From Fimbriosthenelais zetlandica (taxonomy: Eukaryota), in assembly GCA_977030845.1 (NCBI GenBank), contig OZ365114.1, forward strand, positions 24,428,001 to 24,492,000: DNA of 64,000 nucleotides, in the 5' to 3' direction. A program made the translations under genes and the position numbers. Below are positions 52,734 through 64,000 of the stretch, piece after piece; position 1 is the stretch's first letter, and each line of letters begins with the position of its first letter. The notes under the pieces are model-generated. The model saw only the letters and a program-made list of their open reading frames with translations. It searched no databases and was not told where the DNA came from.

Positions 52734-55100
52734 CTCAAAAACGTCCGGAAAATCTTGTTTGACTTCATGAATATCTCACACACACCATCGTCACTAATGA
52801 AAATCACTTTGAACATCTCTTTCCTTGACTGACTCTTAAAACCATACAAGATTTTCGAAAGGAATAATTATACTCTCCAATACTTGCTCTTGTGAATAAA
52901 ATTGTGCCTTATCGTCTCTATATCCAACACAGTCCACTATAGCCAAAGTTGCAGTTTTTGATAGAAAATATTTATCTTGGTGTGGAGCCCCATAATATAT
53001 GCTCATTATTGCCTCTACAGGCCTCTTGCTGCTACACGAGGCCCTCCCAGGGCTATCACATTACAACTGCTTAGGGAAGTACATCGACACGACAATTCAA
53101 AGAAAATCCCCCAGCTTGAAACTCGACACCAGACCCTTACATCTACAGAAGTCAACTTCTTTGTAAAGTATTAAGATAAATGGAAGTAGATGTACTGTGA
53201 TTCATGTTTTTACTGAAACAAGAGCAGTTCTAATGCACTAGCTTTATAGAAGGGAAGACTAAAATTATTTGTCCTGAAAATAATTGTAGATTAATCACTG
53301 GTTAGAGTCAGAGTGACCTTCAGTTTCTCAGCTATCCAGTGACATTTTCTGAATTTAAGACATGCATGGACCGTTTATTATGGAGGGAATCTGCAATACA
53401 AAATGTAGCCTAATACTCTTTTTCAAATAAGAATTGCCCAAAAGAATTGCCAATTATGTCAGTCCTGGCTGAGAATATGCAGAGTGAGTCTGAAAGGATG
53501 GGCGCCTGTGTTCATATAACATCGCTTACTGATGCCTGCCCGTCCAATCTTCATACCTTTCAATTAGCTGGCCTGCCAATCCCCAGGCTCATTTACAACT
53601 CTAATAGGGTCTGCTATATTGGCATGGTATAGTCCTACCAAGAGGCAACCCTGATGAAAGTGGTAAATGGTATAACAGAAATCACAACTGCCTTTCACCA
53701 AGGTCTAGTCCGTCCACAGTTCAGCCTCAGTTGAGCCTACACTGCACCATGCTGAAGTGCAGCATATTTTGTCCATCTGTCCGCTTGATGATTTCAGGCA
53801 TGGTGAATTTGATTTTGTCTCATGCACTAGATTCATTTCCTGGGCTAATAAGAAGTTTCAAGTGTGTGACAATGACGACGCATTCCAGACCCGTCACCAC
53901 TTAACCATCCAGCCATACATAAAACCCTAAAATCAAAAAACAGCTTTGTGTAACCCAAGCTTTTCGATGTTTTAGCCAACTGACTGGAGCGAGCGATAAT
54001 GGAGGTTGATCTTGAATCCTTCAAGGATGATGGATATTCGTTGTAATAGAAGCAGGCAGACATCAGCCCATGGATGTGTATAATTTATTCCTTTCAATTA
54101 ACTTTGAAACAGAGAAGCGTAGGCGATGAGAGGGCACAAGTGGTTTGCATTGAGTGACGGTTCATCTTTGAGTCCCTTGGTGGGGTTGATTCGCCCATAT
54201 TCCTAGATTACATCTAATTGTCCTGTCAGCTAAGGCTAGCGTGATAATAAATTGATTATGATTCAGTCATCGATTACAATCAATGATGGGGCTGTCAGAA
54301 GAATCATTTTGCTTTTATTTAGTGTCTTGGTTGCCTCAGTGTCAATTGCAAAGTCTCTGTGTAGGTAAAAATCCCTAAAATTACTTTGATATGTAAATGG
54401 CATCTGCAACCATTTTTTTAAATCCAAAGTTGACATTCTCTGTTTAATTTAGTTGTTGAAATATTTTGAAGAATAGTTTACTGGTGCTCACTGGCTGGGC
54501 TAGATGACAGTAAGAATGGCAGTAAGATTGTAGCTAGGAGGTTGGGTGGTGGAGGCGAATTATCCAGATACAGGCAATGCATGCAGTGAAGATGTAAGGA
54601 GGAAAACCCATCATAATTATATGTATACATGACATCATTAGAGGTCTCTAAAAGTAGTGTCTCAATCAAGACAGAGGTTCTAACTATATGGTCAAGGAGC
54701 ATTATGCCTTCAGTCAAGCCACTATGAATGCACTGTGGGAGGGTTGCATGGCAAGTATTTCCATGCCTGGCAGTCTCAGGTGTTCTGTCTCCCACATAAT
54801 CCCAGCAAATATCCAATGGTCCCCTTGCCAAGCAATTTATGATCACCGCTTTTGTTTCCTGCTGTAGTTCTCCCATATGAAGGATTAAATTTTCCAAATT
54901 CCCATTATAAATTGTCCTCAGTTTGGGACTGCAACAATGTCAACATACAACTCCAAAGATCTGGATCAGAAAAAAATCAGAAACCCTAACACTTCCTACA
55001 GCGTGAAATGGATAATTATATTTTTTAGAGCCTCAAAGATTAAGATATGTGTTGACCCCTCTTCTGTTTCAAGTAACTGATATAAACTATGTTTTGTCAA

Positions 55101-55260
55101 GTCACGTGGCTCAAGCATTCATTAGTCACACGATCCCCTCTAGCCAACAACGTGTCCTCTAAACAGAAATGGCAGCGGATCTTATGTTTATTCTGATTGG
55201 CCAATCTGTTTCCGCCGTCATGTGATGTCATGAAGGACGTCCTCTGACAACATGGCAGAC
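55101..55260. promoter_or_regulatory. CpG-containing motif cluster (E-box, palindromic double CCAAT, YY1-like, M-box)
   Basis: GTCACGTG at 55101-55108, AAATGGCAGC at 55167, perfect palindrome GATTGGCCAATC at 55195-55206, GTCATGTGA at 55217 and AACATGGCAG at 55249. Confidence 0.3.
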
Positions 55261-55762
55261 GCCCTTTAGCAAACAGGATGACACTCCATGACAAGAAAGC
55301 CATACGGCTAGCATGAAATGTGAACAAAAACTTACACCGAAATAGGTGGTGATGTTTGCCAGATCTATTGCTGTCAACTGAATAGTTTATTTAGTGATGA
55401 CATTGAGAGTCCAGACGGTGGTTGTTTGCTCCAACAGAGGGCCTTTGGGTGCATGACAAGGACCTTAATTATGGATAATGTTATCATCTCCTGTGTCATA
55501 TGACACCCTCTTATGAGCCTGCTCATACTGAAGGCATCTTATCAGGGGTACTTTGAAGTCATATTGGTAATTAGAGATCAAGTATGCAACTTGATGCTTT
55601 GATTTTTATGTGTCATGCATCGAGGTGTCTTCACAGCATCTATATAAGCATTTTCATTTTTTTGTGAAGTGCAATCAATGGTTTTTTTTCGATGGTTAGT
55701 ATTCACTGATTAATTTAAAATATGACAACATTATATAAAGACAGAATATCCATCGGGTCATT

Positions 55763-55884
55763 TACCTCTCGAGGTATACCCGGGGTATTTGGTTGCCAAA
55801 AAGCACATCCCTCGGGCCGTGCGGGCTCTCAGGATGTCCCTTTAGGCAACACAAAATTTGTGCCCTGGTATCCCTCTCGAGGTA
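55763..55884. mobile_element. Degenerate palindromic (foldback) MITE-like element
   Basis: The left arm TACCTC..GAGG.ATACC..GGG.A..TTTG.GTTGCC.AAA.G.ACATCC aligns to the reverse complement of the right arm (55831-55884). The GC-rich centre is CCCTCGGGCCGTGCGGGCTCTCAGG. CCTCTCGAGGTA occurs in both arms. Confidence 0.6.
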
Positions 55885-56856
55885 GGCCTATATCCCCCTT
55901 GGGCCATTCTGTCTTTCTATATGACTATCAATCTACTTTTGTTTTAAATGGAGCATCTGGCATTGGGTTTGTATAAGCGCATAGTTTCAATGTGGCAATG
56001 CGATTTTGATATTATTTCAATGTTGAAGCTCTAGGCCTATGTATCAGATGGCAGCATTGATGCTGGATGGAGGCTAGATGTTCCACGTGATACCATCCAT
56101 TTCCACTCTGCTTCTAATCGCTTCAAGAACGACAGAAAATCCATCTTCTACTGTATGAACTTGTATTTCCCCTGCTCCGATCTCAATTCCTTCAAATTTA
56201 ATCAAACGTCAGTCCGCTATCAAATATTAAAGCTGATGTATGTGGCAATGATCCAACATTGCTGCCATTCTCTCTATATGAGCAACAATGTCTACTTTGA
56301 AGATAATACATATATATATAGAGAGAGAGACAATATATGAAAAGAATATGGCTAATACATGTATAGCTATTCAACCAAGGTATTCTTTTGTTGCAGGACC
56401 TGTAAGTTTGACGGATATTCAATCAAATAGAAACAAATTGAATATTTTGTGTAGGAAGAGGTTATCAGAGAACTGGTTGGAAGTAATTTTGCTATGCACA
56501 CAAAATTGTCATCCCCTGAAGTCAATGGAATTTACTCACATCTGAAACCGTGACAGCTAATTTGTGATTTGTAATCTTGATGTTGACATCAGCCCTAAAA
56601 GTACAAAGAATGGAGCCCTTGGCCTTCCTTGGCCATGTCCTGGAGACTATACTGCGATCATGATTGCTGTTTGTCCAGGCAACAGCACACTTTGCCTTTC
56701 CTAGGGCTTCACAGTGCATGTAATTTCCGTACCAATCCGTCATAGTTACACCTCAACCAGGCTATGCCATAGGTTAAGGCTAGGCCTGCGACATGTTAAA
56801 AGGCACAAGCCATGTAGAGAGACATCTGTAAATCAGTGCAAAATTAGCCTTCAATC

Positions 56857-56880
56857 ACTCCTTCCTTACTCCTTCCTTAC
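56857..56880. repeat. 11-bp tandem duplication
   Basis: ACTCCTTCCTT x2 followed by AC. Confidence 0.75.
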
Positions 56881-59800
56881 CCAGGTAATAGGGGTGAGAT
56901 CAGGTGACATGGAAGAAATTACTAGAAAAGCATCCATCAGTTAAGAAGGTGCTCCATGTAAAGTCATAGACACATAACTCCCCCTCTGGGATTTCAAGTG
57001 CTTTATCACTTGGTGATTCAATCCCTTTACCATTGATTTCTATTTCTAAGGAGTCGAAACGAGTGATCGGGTCAGACTGATGGAAAAGTCTAGTAATAGT
57101 TTGGGTCTTGAACTATTGGAGAGGCCCAATGTCAATGTAACTGAGACCTCATCAAATACGGTTGAGAAAAAAATAACCTGATAATTATTTTTGAGATCTC
57201 CTTTTACCAAAAATGATTAAATCCTTACCACAAAAGAAATCGATGTGAAGAGCTATCTCTTGCTGGTTCGTGACCCTCAGTGCAACAGTGCAAAAGCAAT
57301 GTTATCCCATGGGCCAAGTAGCCGCAATGATCTCTTCGATTACCAAAAACGTGGTAGTAGTTTTATCAGTTATAAATTCCCCATTTTTCACTCAGTTCTC
57401 ATAAATTCTAATAAAACCGTGGTTCATAAACGTTCAAAACCACAGGGATTGTACATGGGTATGTCGTGTGTGGAGTCGTAGAGCTCATTTATAATTGAAG
57501 ACTTAATTCAAAACTGATAAGCTATACTTAATCGTCACAGATCGCCAATGTTGATACGCACTGAAAGTTTTTTGAATCTTAATCGTTGGTGAGTGTCATC
57601 TCAATTCTCGTGGTACTGATACAGCAACATGACAGGGCGAGGGCCACCTGTCAGCCTACTGGCTTATCACCTGATTGTGCTGCCAGATCGACTCTATCTA
57701 TCAGCCCCAGTCGTCAATTCTCTCCCCTCCAAATATCTCAACCCACCAACAATCATCTGGAATACTGCTGGGATCATTCTGGAAGATTCAGCTGTGTAAA
57801 ATTCAGAAATTGGTTCTGCCTCTAAAATTTAATTGTGGAATATGTGGGAAGAACATGCTTGCAGAACTGCTGACAGGATAATAAAGACCTTAGACATGTA
57901 GGAGGTCGTTTGGAAAAGTGTTTGGGACATTAGATCGTGGGAGGTTACAGCCCACCGAAGTCTTTTATCGGCTCATGCAGTTTATTCCAGTGCTTTGATT
58001 TCTTGGCGAATTCCTTAAGGCATTGACAACTACTAGCCTCCATGTGTTAACTAAGGGGCAGCATGCCTCAAACAAAGACATTTTTTATCTCTAACTCCTC
58101 CCACACTGTCTCCCCTGCTTGAAGGCACGCAAAACATTTCTTTCAAGACAAACAGTTGAGACTACAAAAGCCACTATCTTAGCCCCAGGGCAGGCACAAT
58201 GAGTGGGCCCTGGGAGTGGGTGTAGGAGAAGACACTGTAAACGTATTTCTTTCTGTCCAGTACACAAGTTAATAATTTCCCTGCAGGTGCACACGGTAGG
58301 ATACATACATGACATTATACATGTACCCCTTTCATCATCTGCACAAGGCACTCTGGGGGACTTTGTTTAAAGAACAAGTACAGGTAGAATTCCTATAGAC
58401 TTATGACTGAGATCATCAGGTCTTTAAATTAATACATGTACAATTATTGCCATAACACTGAATTTCGCATTTCCAACACCATTGAATATTCAGTTTAATG
58501 GTGAACATAGAATGTAAGTCAGCAGAATGGAGGGTAAAACACTGGAAGGGTTATCTTGGCGGCACTCACGGGAGAAGATGACAGAACGTCATGTCATAGC
58601 GGAGAGTCTGATGAATGGGCTATGTAACAAAAGACCCCTGTCACCATGTGACCCCTCAATCAACCAATCACAGGGATTTACAACCCTGTAAGGCACACCA
58701 CACATTTCTACCCTATATTCCCCACAACTGTCCTCAAGGTCTGGAACACCCTGACACAGGAATATAACTATGATGTATAAAAATATTGAATCATGATGCA
58801 ATTCAGTTATAGCATACAGGTAAAATACCACTATAATTTTCCTCCCAGTATTAACTACATTGTTTGCTTTAAGTTTACCTTATTCCCAGGCTTTTCCCAC
58901 CATCTTTACCCGGACAACAGGAGGTCCCAGGTGCCAGTAATCGCCAGCTCTCATTAAGAAAATGAATGGAATCAAGTTAGGCATGAACCAGTGGTCCCTG
59001 CCTTGATCTCGTGGATTTCCATGCTCCTGTTTTATGGGTAAATACAGCCATTTGGGTGGACTGATTGATTCAATTACTGGGGTTGCAGGCCTTTCACCGC
59101 CACATAAACCTTGTTTACGTGGGATGTGCAATGTGATAGAGAATGCAAGGTCGACGGGGATGGAAATACACAGCTGTGTATACTTTAACCAGTTTGCACT
59201 TCAAAGAATTGAAGTAATCAATGACCATTGTTCTCCAATATCTGTTAATTGAGGATAATGTTATCATCCATTGAAGCCATGCCATGAGATATTGTTTTCC
59301 TCATCAAAAGACTCAAGAAACATTGAACTGGTCATGCAATACTTCATAATACAAAGTTGGACCACTACCAGCTCTGAGATCCCATAGAACCACTTGCTTC
59401 CCGCATACCTATTAACACATCTTTGTACACACACCAATCATTAAGACATCCATCAGACAAAGCCCACGGGTTTCTGACTGAATGAATCTGAAGAAACAGG
59501 GAAAAAGCCTCGGTGCTGAGGGATTGCATTGATTTGGGACACATGAAAGGAGAAGGATTGAAGAAAGAGTAGGATAGAAAGAGCTGAAGGAATGGGCACC
59601 GTAAGGGACTGATGACACTTGGTTCCTTGTATTATCCAGCCTTGTTTCAGGCATGACAGAGTCTGTGTGCCATCTCCCCTTGGTGAGAAATGGGCCTCGC
59701 GGGTTACCCCCTAGGCATCGATCTGCAACCTTTGGCCGGCCCTAAGCGCAAAGTCTTGTCTAAGTGCAATGCTTCTAGGTTAGTGTTCCTATTTATCCAG

Positions 59801-61799
59801 AGAGGTGTGGAGATCAGGATGGGGCTGCAGCTCTGTAACGCCTTCCCATCACACCTTCGCTAGTTGCAGCACCTGGAATATGGAATCACAGATCAGCATC
59901 GTATTTGTCATTTACATGATGGATAAAAATCTGGTCTTTCACCTGATACGTGTTTAAAGACTTTTTAAATTCGTTTGAATGACTTTTTCTGTTGTACATG
60001 GTGTGACCAACTGTTGGTTGGCTCTGATATCCGTTAATTGTATGCAAGGGAGGTATTTTCGTTTGACGGCAACAGATCACTAATTTAGGTTCTTTTCACG
60101 TACAAAGAGTAATTCAGCTTCTATTGTATAAGTCCTTTGTTTAGAGCACCAATTGAACTTTAAACATTGTCATTGTTTTAAACTCTTTCAGTCCCTGTGG
60201 CATGAACATTAGAGCGATGTAATCTCTTGGAATTAATGTGTATGGTCTCTTCTGTTTGAGTTGTTTCCTGTCATTGCCCACTTTTATATTTCGTATTTAA
60301 AACCAATTCATCCATGTCAGTGAGTGCATTGAAGTGCGCTATTCAGATTTGTTTCAGAACACAGCATTCTTTGACAAATTGGGGCGAAAGCAATATCCAA
60401 TGGCAACATCAGCAATATTTGAAGTGCAGCAGGGCTTTCGATCAGCCCAAACTTCACATTTAACAGGGCAAAAACAAGCAGAATATCAGATTCGGGTCTT
60501 TCCAATGGATTCCAACCCCAAACTCGTGTCCTTGTTCTGTACTTGACAGTTGCTCCAGGGGGAAAACTTTTGGTGATCAATTATTTCATCTTTGTATTGA
60601 GTGATTCTCGACCATTCCAAGCATGAGTTAATGTAGTGATGGAAGGCACACACATTACAAACATGTGAAGGACAAAAATCAAATGCTTGTAATCAATTGT
60701 AAGCGATGTGCAGACCTATGATAGGGATCGATTACATTCAGTTTAAAGCCTCAGCAGAGCTGCTTATTTATCATTCAAAATGAAAATAATGATTTACTCT
60801 TGGCTGCGGTTATAACTGAACTTGACGTCATGTAACTGATTCGATTTTGATTTGGGATCTGGAGACACATTTGAATGGTTCTTTTATGAGTTTGTTGAGA
60901 CTCTTCTATGACGTTCCTGCTGGACTGAACAGTGAGGCAGTAGACATTACAGTAGACCTTACAGGTCATTAATTTGTCATGAGACTGACCAAAACTGGCT
61001 AAAGCTGGACGATGAAAGTCTTGATGAAGTTGGATATTTGTCTTATGATTGACACCATCAATGTTATCAGGTTCTCATAATTGTTCCTTTTGACCTGCCC
61101 TTTGTTCATCTGAGGGCATATCGCAGCCAGATCACGAGTCAATCGAGTTGCTTCAGCGAATCTGTCCCATCATTGATGGGACAGATGCGGATTCATTGCT
61201 CCAGTAATGCAAATATATAGACAGCATTACATGTATATCAGAGTGCATAACTATGTATTGCTATATATTCCCACATAGATCATAAAGGCTCTTCTCTTGT
61301 TATGTGATATATAAAAAGATATGAAGGAAGTTCTGTGATTGCAGCTAAATCCTCGGAAAGGAACCGTTTGTGGGACGGTCTCCCCATACAGAAGTGTTAG
61401 GCCTATATGTTGTGTTACCACATTGAAAGCTCTTCTCACCCAGAAGCTAAATAGGAAAAAAACTATGAATAAATGTCACTTTTAGATGTGTTTCCCAGAG
61501 TGATGGGCTGTCAGGGGCCAGGCTCCCTAAGGAATGTCATACATAGCTAGCTTTCATTGGCCCCGGGCCGGTCCATAAGTGTTTTCATTGTTGAATATCC
61601 ACAACTACGCCACAATGCCCTCACGTGGCGAGCAAAGGTCACTTTAGTGTCAAATCCTCTACCCAGGTGGCGCCACCACATCACTCATCTGGTTTTCTAT
61701 TCTTTTCCAGTGTAAGAACTACATGGTTTGCTAATAATGGTAGCTGGGACACGGTGTCCCACCCATACATTCCCACGAGAGGTGCATGGTTCTCATGAC

Positions 61800-61851
61800 T
61801 TAAAGGTTCCCTAAGGTCTGGTCGATCTTTTGGTCCTTTGGGAACCTTTAT
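61800..61851. repeat. Short hairpin with a perfect 11-bp inverted repeat, possibly a Kolobok-type remnant
   Basis: TAAAGGTTCCC (61801-61811) and GGGAACCTTTA (61840-61850) are perfectly complementary, and the stem extends inward with one mismatch (AAGG/CCTT). The ends read TTAA-AGG...CCT-TTAT. Confidence 0.6.
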
Positions 61852-63756
61852 CTTAGCTGGCTACTTTCATTTCAAAAACAGCAGCAATACTTCTCTGGGA
61901 ACTATTTAAAATCCCTGTGAAAGTCTCAACTTTACAACTGGTAATAAGCCTTGAAAAGGCGAAAATTGGTCGACGCTTGTCTGACACGTACTGTGTTAGA
62001 GACGGACCAGCCTGGGACTGTTCCCAGTTAATGGCAAGTGTTGTGAAGGAGGAGAAGTAGAAGCAGACGGAGGGGACAGAGGGAATGCTAGTGTTGTTGG
62101 ATTGATTTGGTTTCTGTCTCTCCTCTTCGAGTCTGAGCCTTGCTGTTTCCTGGCTAAAGCAGTCTCTAATGAGTGTCTGTCAGCTGGAATAGACGACTGT
62201 CTTACTGAAGAATAAAGAGCACGACTGGAAGGAAAGAGAAAGTGTGCCTTCAGACATGTTTTAGAAACTCTCAGTACTACGGGAATGGAGGTTCCTATCA
62301 TGATGCCAATACCCAGTTCCCTGACTATGACAGGCTATGGATTTCCTTCTGGTTATGCTAGCATGAGCTTATACCATTGCCACCTCTCCCATCCATATCT
62401 GTCATTTGTCAGTTGGAAGGTCCACAGCTTTCAGTGCAGGGCGATACTACTAATGTCTTCTATCTAGGGTGTAATTTACAACTCTCATCTCCACTTTAGT
62501 GCAGCTGGAGATGGCATCTGTACATATTCTTACAGAGTATACGCATGGAATCTAGCTTCAGAACAGAGGCTCTGTAGATCATGATTTTTCAGCAATATGT
62601 TGGTTTGCATGAGAGTCCTGATATTGAATGATAATTTGCCGGGAGGTGTCGATTTCAAAGGGAAATTAATGTCATTCCACGGGGCTGGATTTGTCAATAA
62701 AACACAGAATATGCTCCCCTTGGCAAAGCAGGGGAGAAGATGGATGAGATAACGGTGTCAATGATTGTGCCTATTGCTGTACATATTCAAAACCTGCTTT
62801 ATGCTATCAAATATCATGAACCTTTCAACCTTTCATGTTGGCGAACCCTATATGAAGACGATATAACAAATCATTCAGGGACTACTAGCTTCTGAAGACT
62901 AGTCTTAATCTAATCTAGCAGGGACTAAGATGTGTGACTAGGGAGTGAACAAGCTCACTTTGTTTAGGGTGGCCTAACAAGGCCAATGCCCTGCAGTCGG
63001 TGTTCTTGCCCAGGGTCAGTTCGACACGCCATTGATTTAATCAGTGTCCAGCAAGGAAGGCTCTTTCTGGTGCACATGAAACCATCATGCAGCAGATGGT
63101 CTTCATGGCTATACTTCTCTGTTTCCCTCTCGACTGGACCAGTCAGAGGGACCACTAGAGAGGAAGAGGCGACTGACCCTCACACCTGCTAGTTCTATTT
63201 CTTAAAACGTCGTCTAAACTCTAGGATCCAATTCGACTAAAATGCGTCTCCCACGTACTGCGTCCTGCCTGGCCAGTTTAATCTCATTATTCATTTCATC
63301 AGATGTATCCTTCTTTTCTCGCTACAATCTTGGTAGTCTTGACAAGATTTATACTATTGGTAACACAGAGACAGAAACTTAAAGCAATTTTGAATTAATT
63401 GGTTCCCGTTAAATCTGTCCGATTTGTACATCCATCATCCAAGTTGAGAACCCCCTATATTAGATGTAATTCAATGTATAAAATGGTCCTCAGGGCTAAG
63501 CCATTTCGCCCCTGTGAGATATTCAGGTATTTCCAATTCCTACCAATCGTCCATATTTAAGACCAGTTCCACCATTTGGTCGACACTCCATCCATAATAA
63601 ACAATATGATTTTTTCATGAGAAATATCATTTCCTCGCTATTTTAACCCATTCCAATGATTTTATCAGCGTTTTTTAAGCTGGGGGTACCCTACTTTCAT
63701 GTATTTGCAGACTATTTTTCTTTGAGAAAATACTAAATAACTGCATTTTAAGGCCT

Positions 63757-63779
63757 AAAATGGAGCTGAAAATGGAGCT
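63757..63779. repeat. Microduplication, period 12
   Basis: AAAATGGAGCT at 63757-63767 and 63769-63779. Confidence 0.7.
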
Positions 63780-64000
63780 TTGACCAAAGTATCTAAAAGT
63801 AATAGAAGATGAATTAAAAATTATTTGTTTTACCTTAATAAATAGAACATAAATTATGACTGGTACTGTATGAAATATAAAAAAAATCAATAAACAATAT
63901 TTAAAAATCAACTAAACCTATTTTTAACTGTAATTTTGAATTAAAGTATTTTGGGGCAGGTTATGTCGCCATAACGTGATGCCTATGTATTTTAATCTGT

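Noticed and set aside
62970-63030. TGGCCTAACAAGG ... GTTCGAC, a tRNA A/B-box-like pair
   Set aside because: Both boxes lack invariant G residues and no stems form.
1-64000. Prokaryotic or phage systems (CRISPR arrays, operons, defence islands) and rRNA genes
   Set aside because: No regularly spaced repeat-spacer arrays, no gene-dense ORF architecture and no rRNA signature sequences were seen.

Overview
This looks like eukaryotic, most likely animal, intronic or intergenic DNA. It is about 40% GC by eye and CpG-poor, with a few CpG-rich patches. The longest ORF is 141 aa, and none of the tracked ORFs is a recognisable complete protein. I found no operons, rRNA, intact tRNA, CRISPR array or intact transposon. 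The best-supported items are four. (1) A + strand spliced exon at 20239-20449 has a branch point, a polypyrimidine tract with AG and a GTAAGC donor. It carries a start codon and a signal-peptide-like N-terminus, and is overlapped by a uORF whose stop overlaps the second ATG. (2) A 375-bp MITE-like element at 18820-19194 has 24-bp TIRs and oppositely oriented 15-bp internal repeats. (3) A ~120-bp foldback element lies at 55763-55884 and a 50-bp TTAA-bounded hairpin at 61800-61851. (4) A ~46-bp minisatellite lies at 28643-28803, and there are many two-copy microduplications. Weaker signals are several candidate exons, a possible recursive splice site at 38457/38458, two promoter-like motif clusters and faint non-LTR retrotransposon motif remnants. 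I did not find convincing evidence of a new multi-gene system. All protein-family resemblances are by-eye and need HMM or BLAST confirmation.
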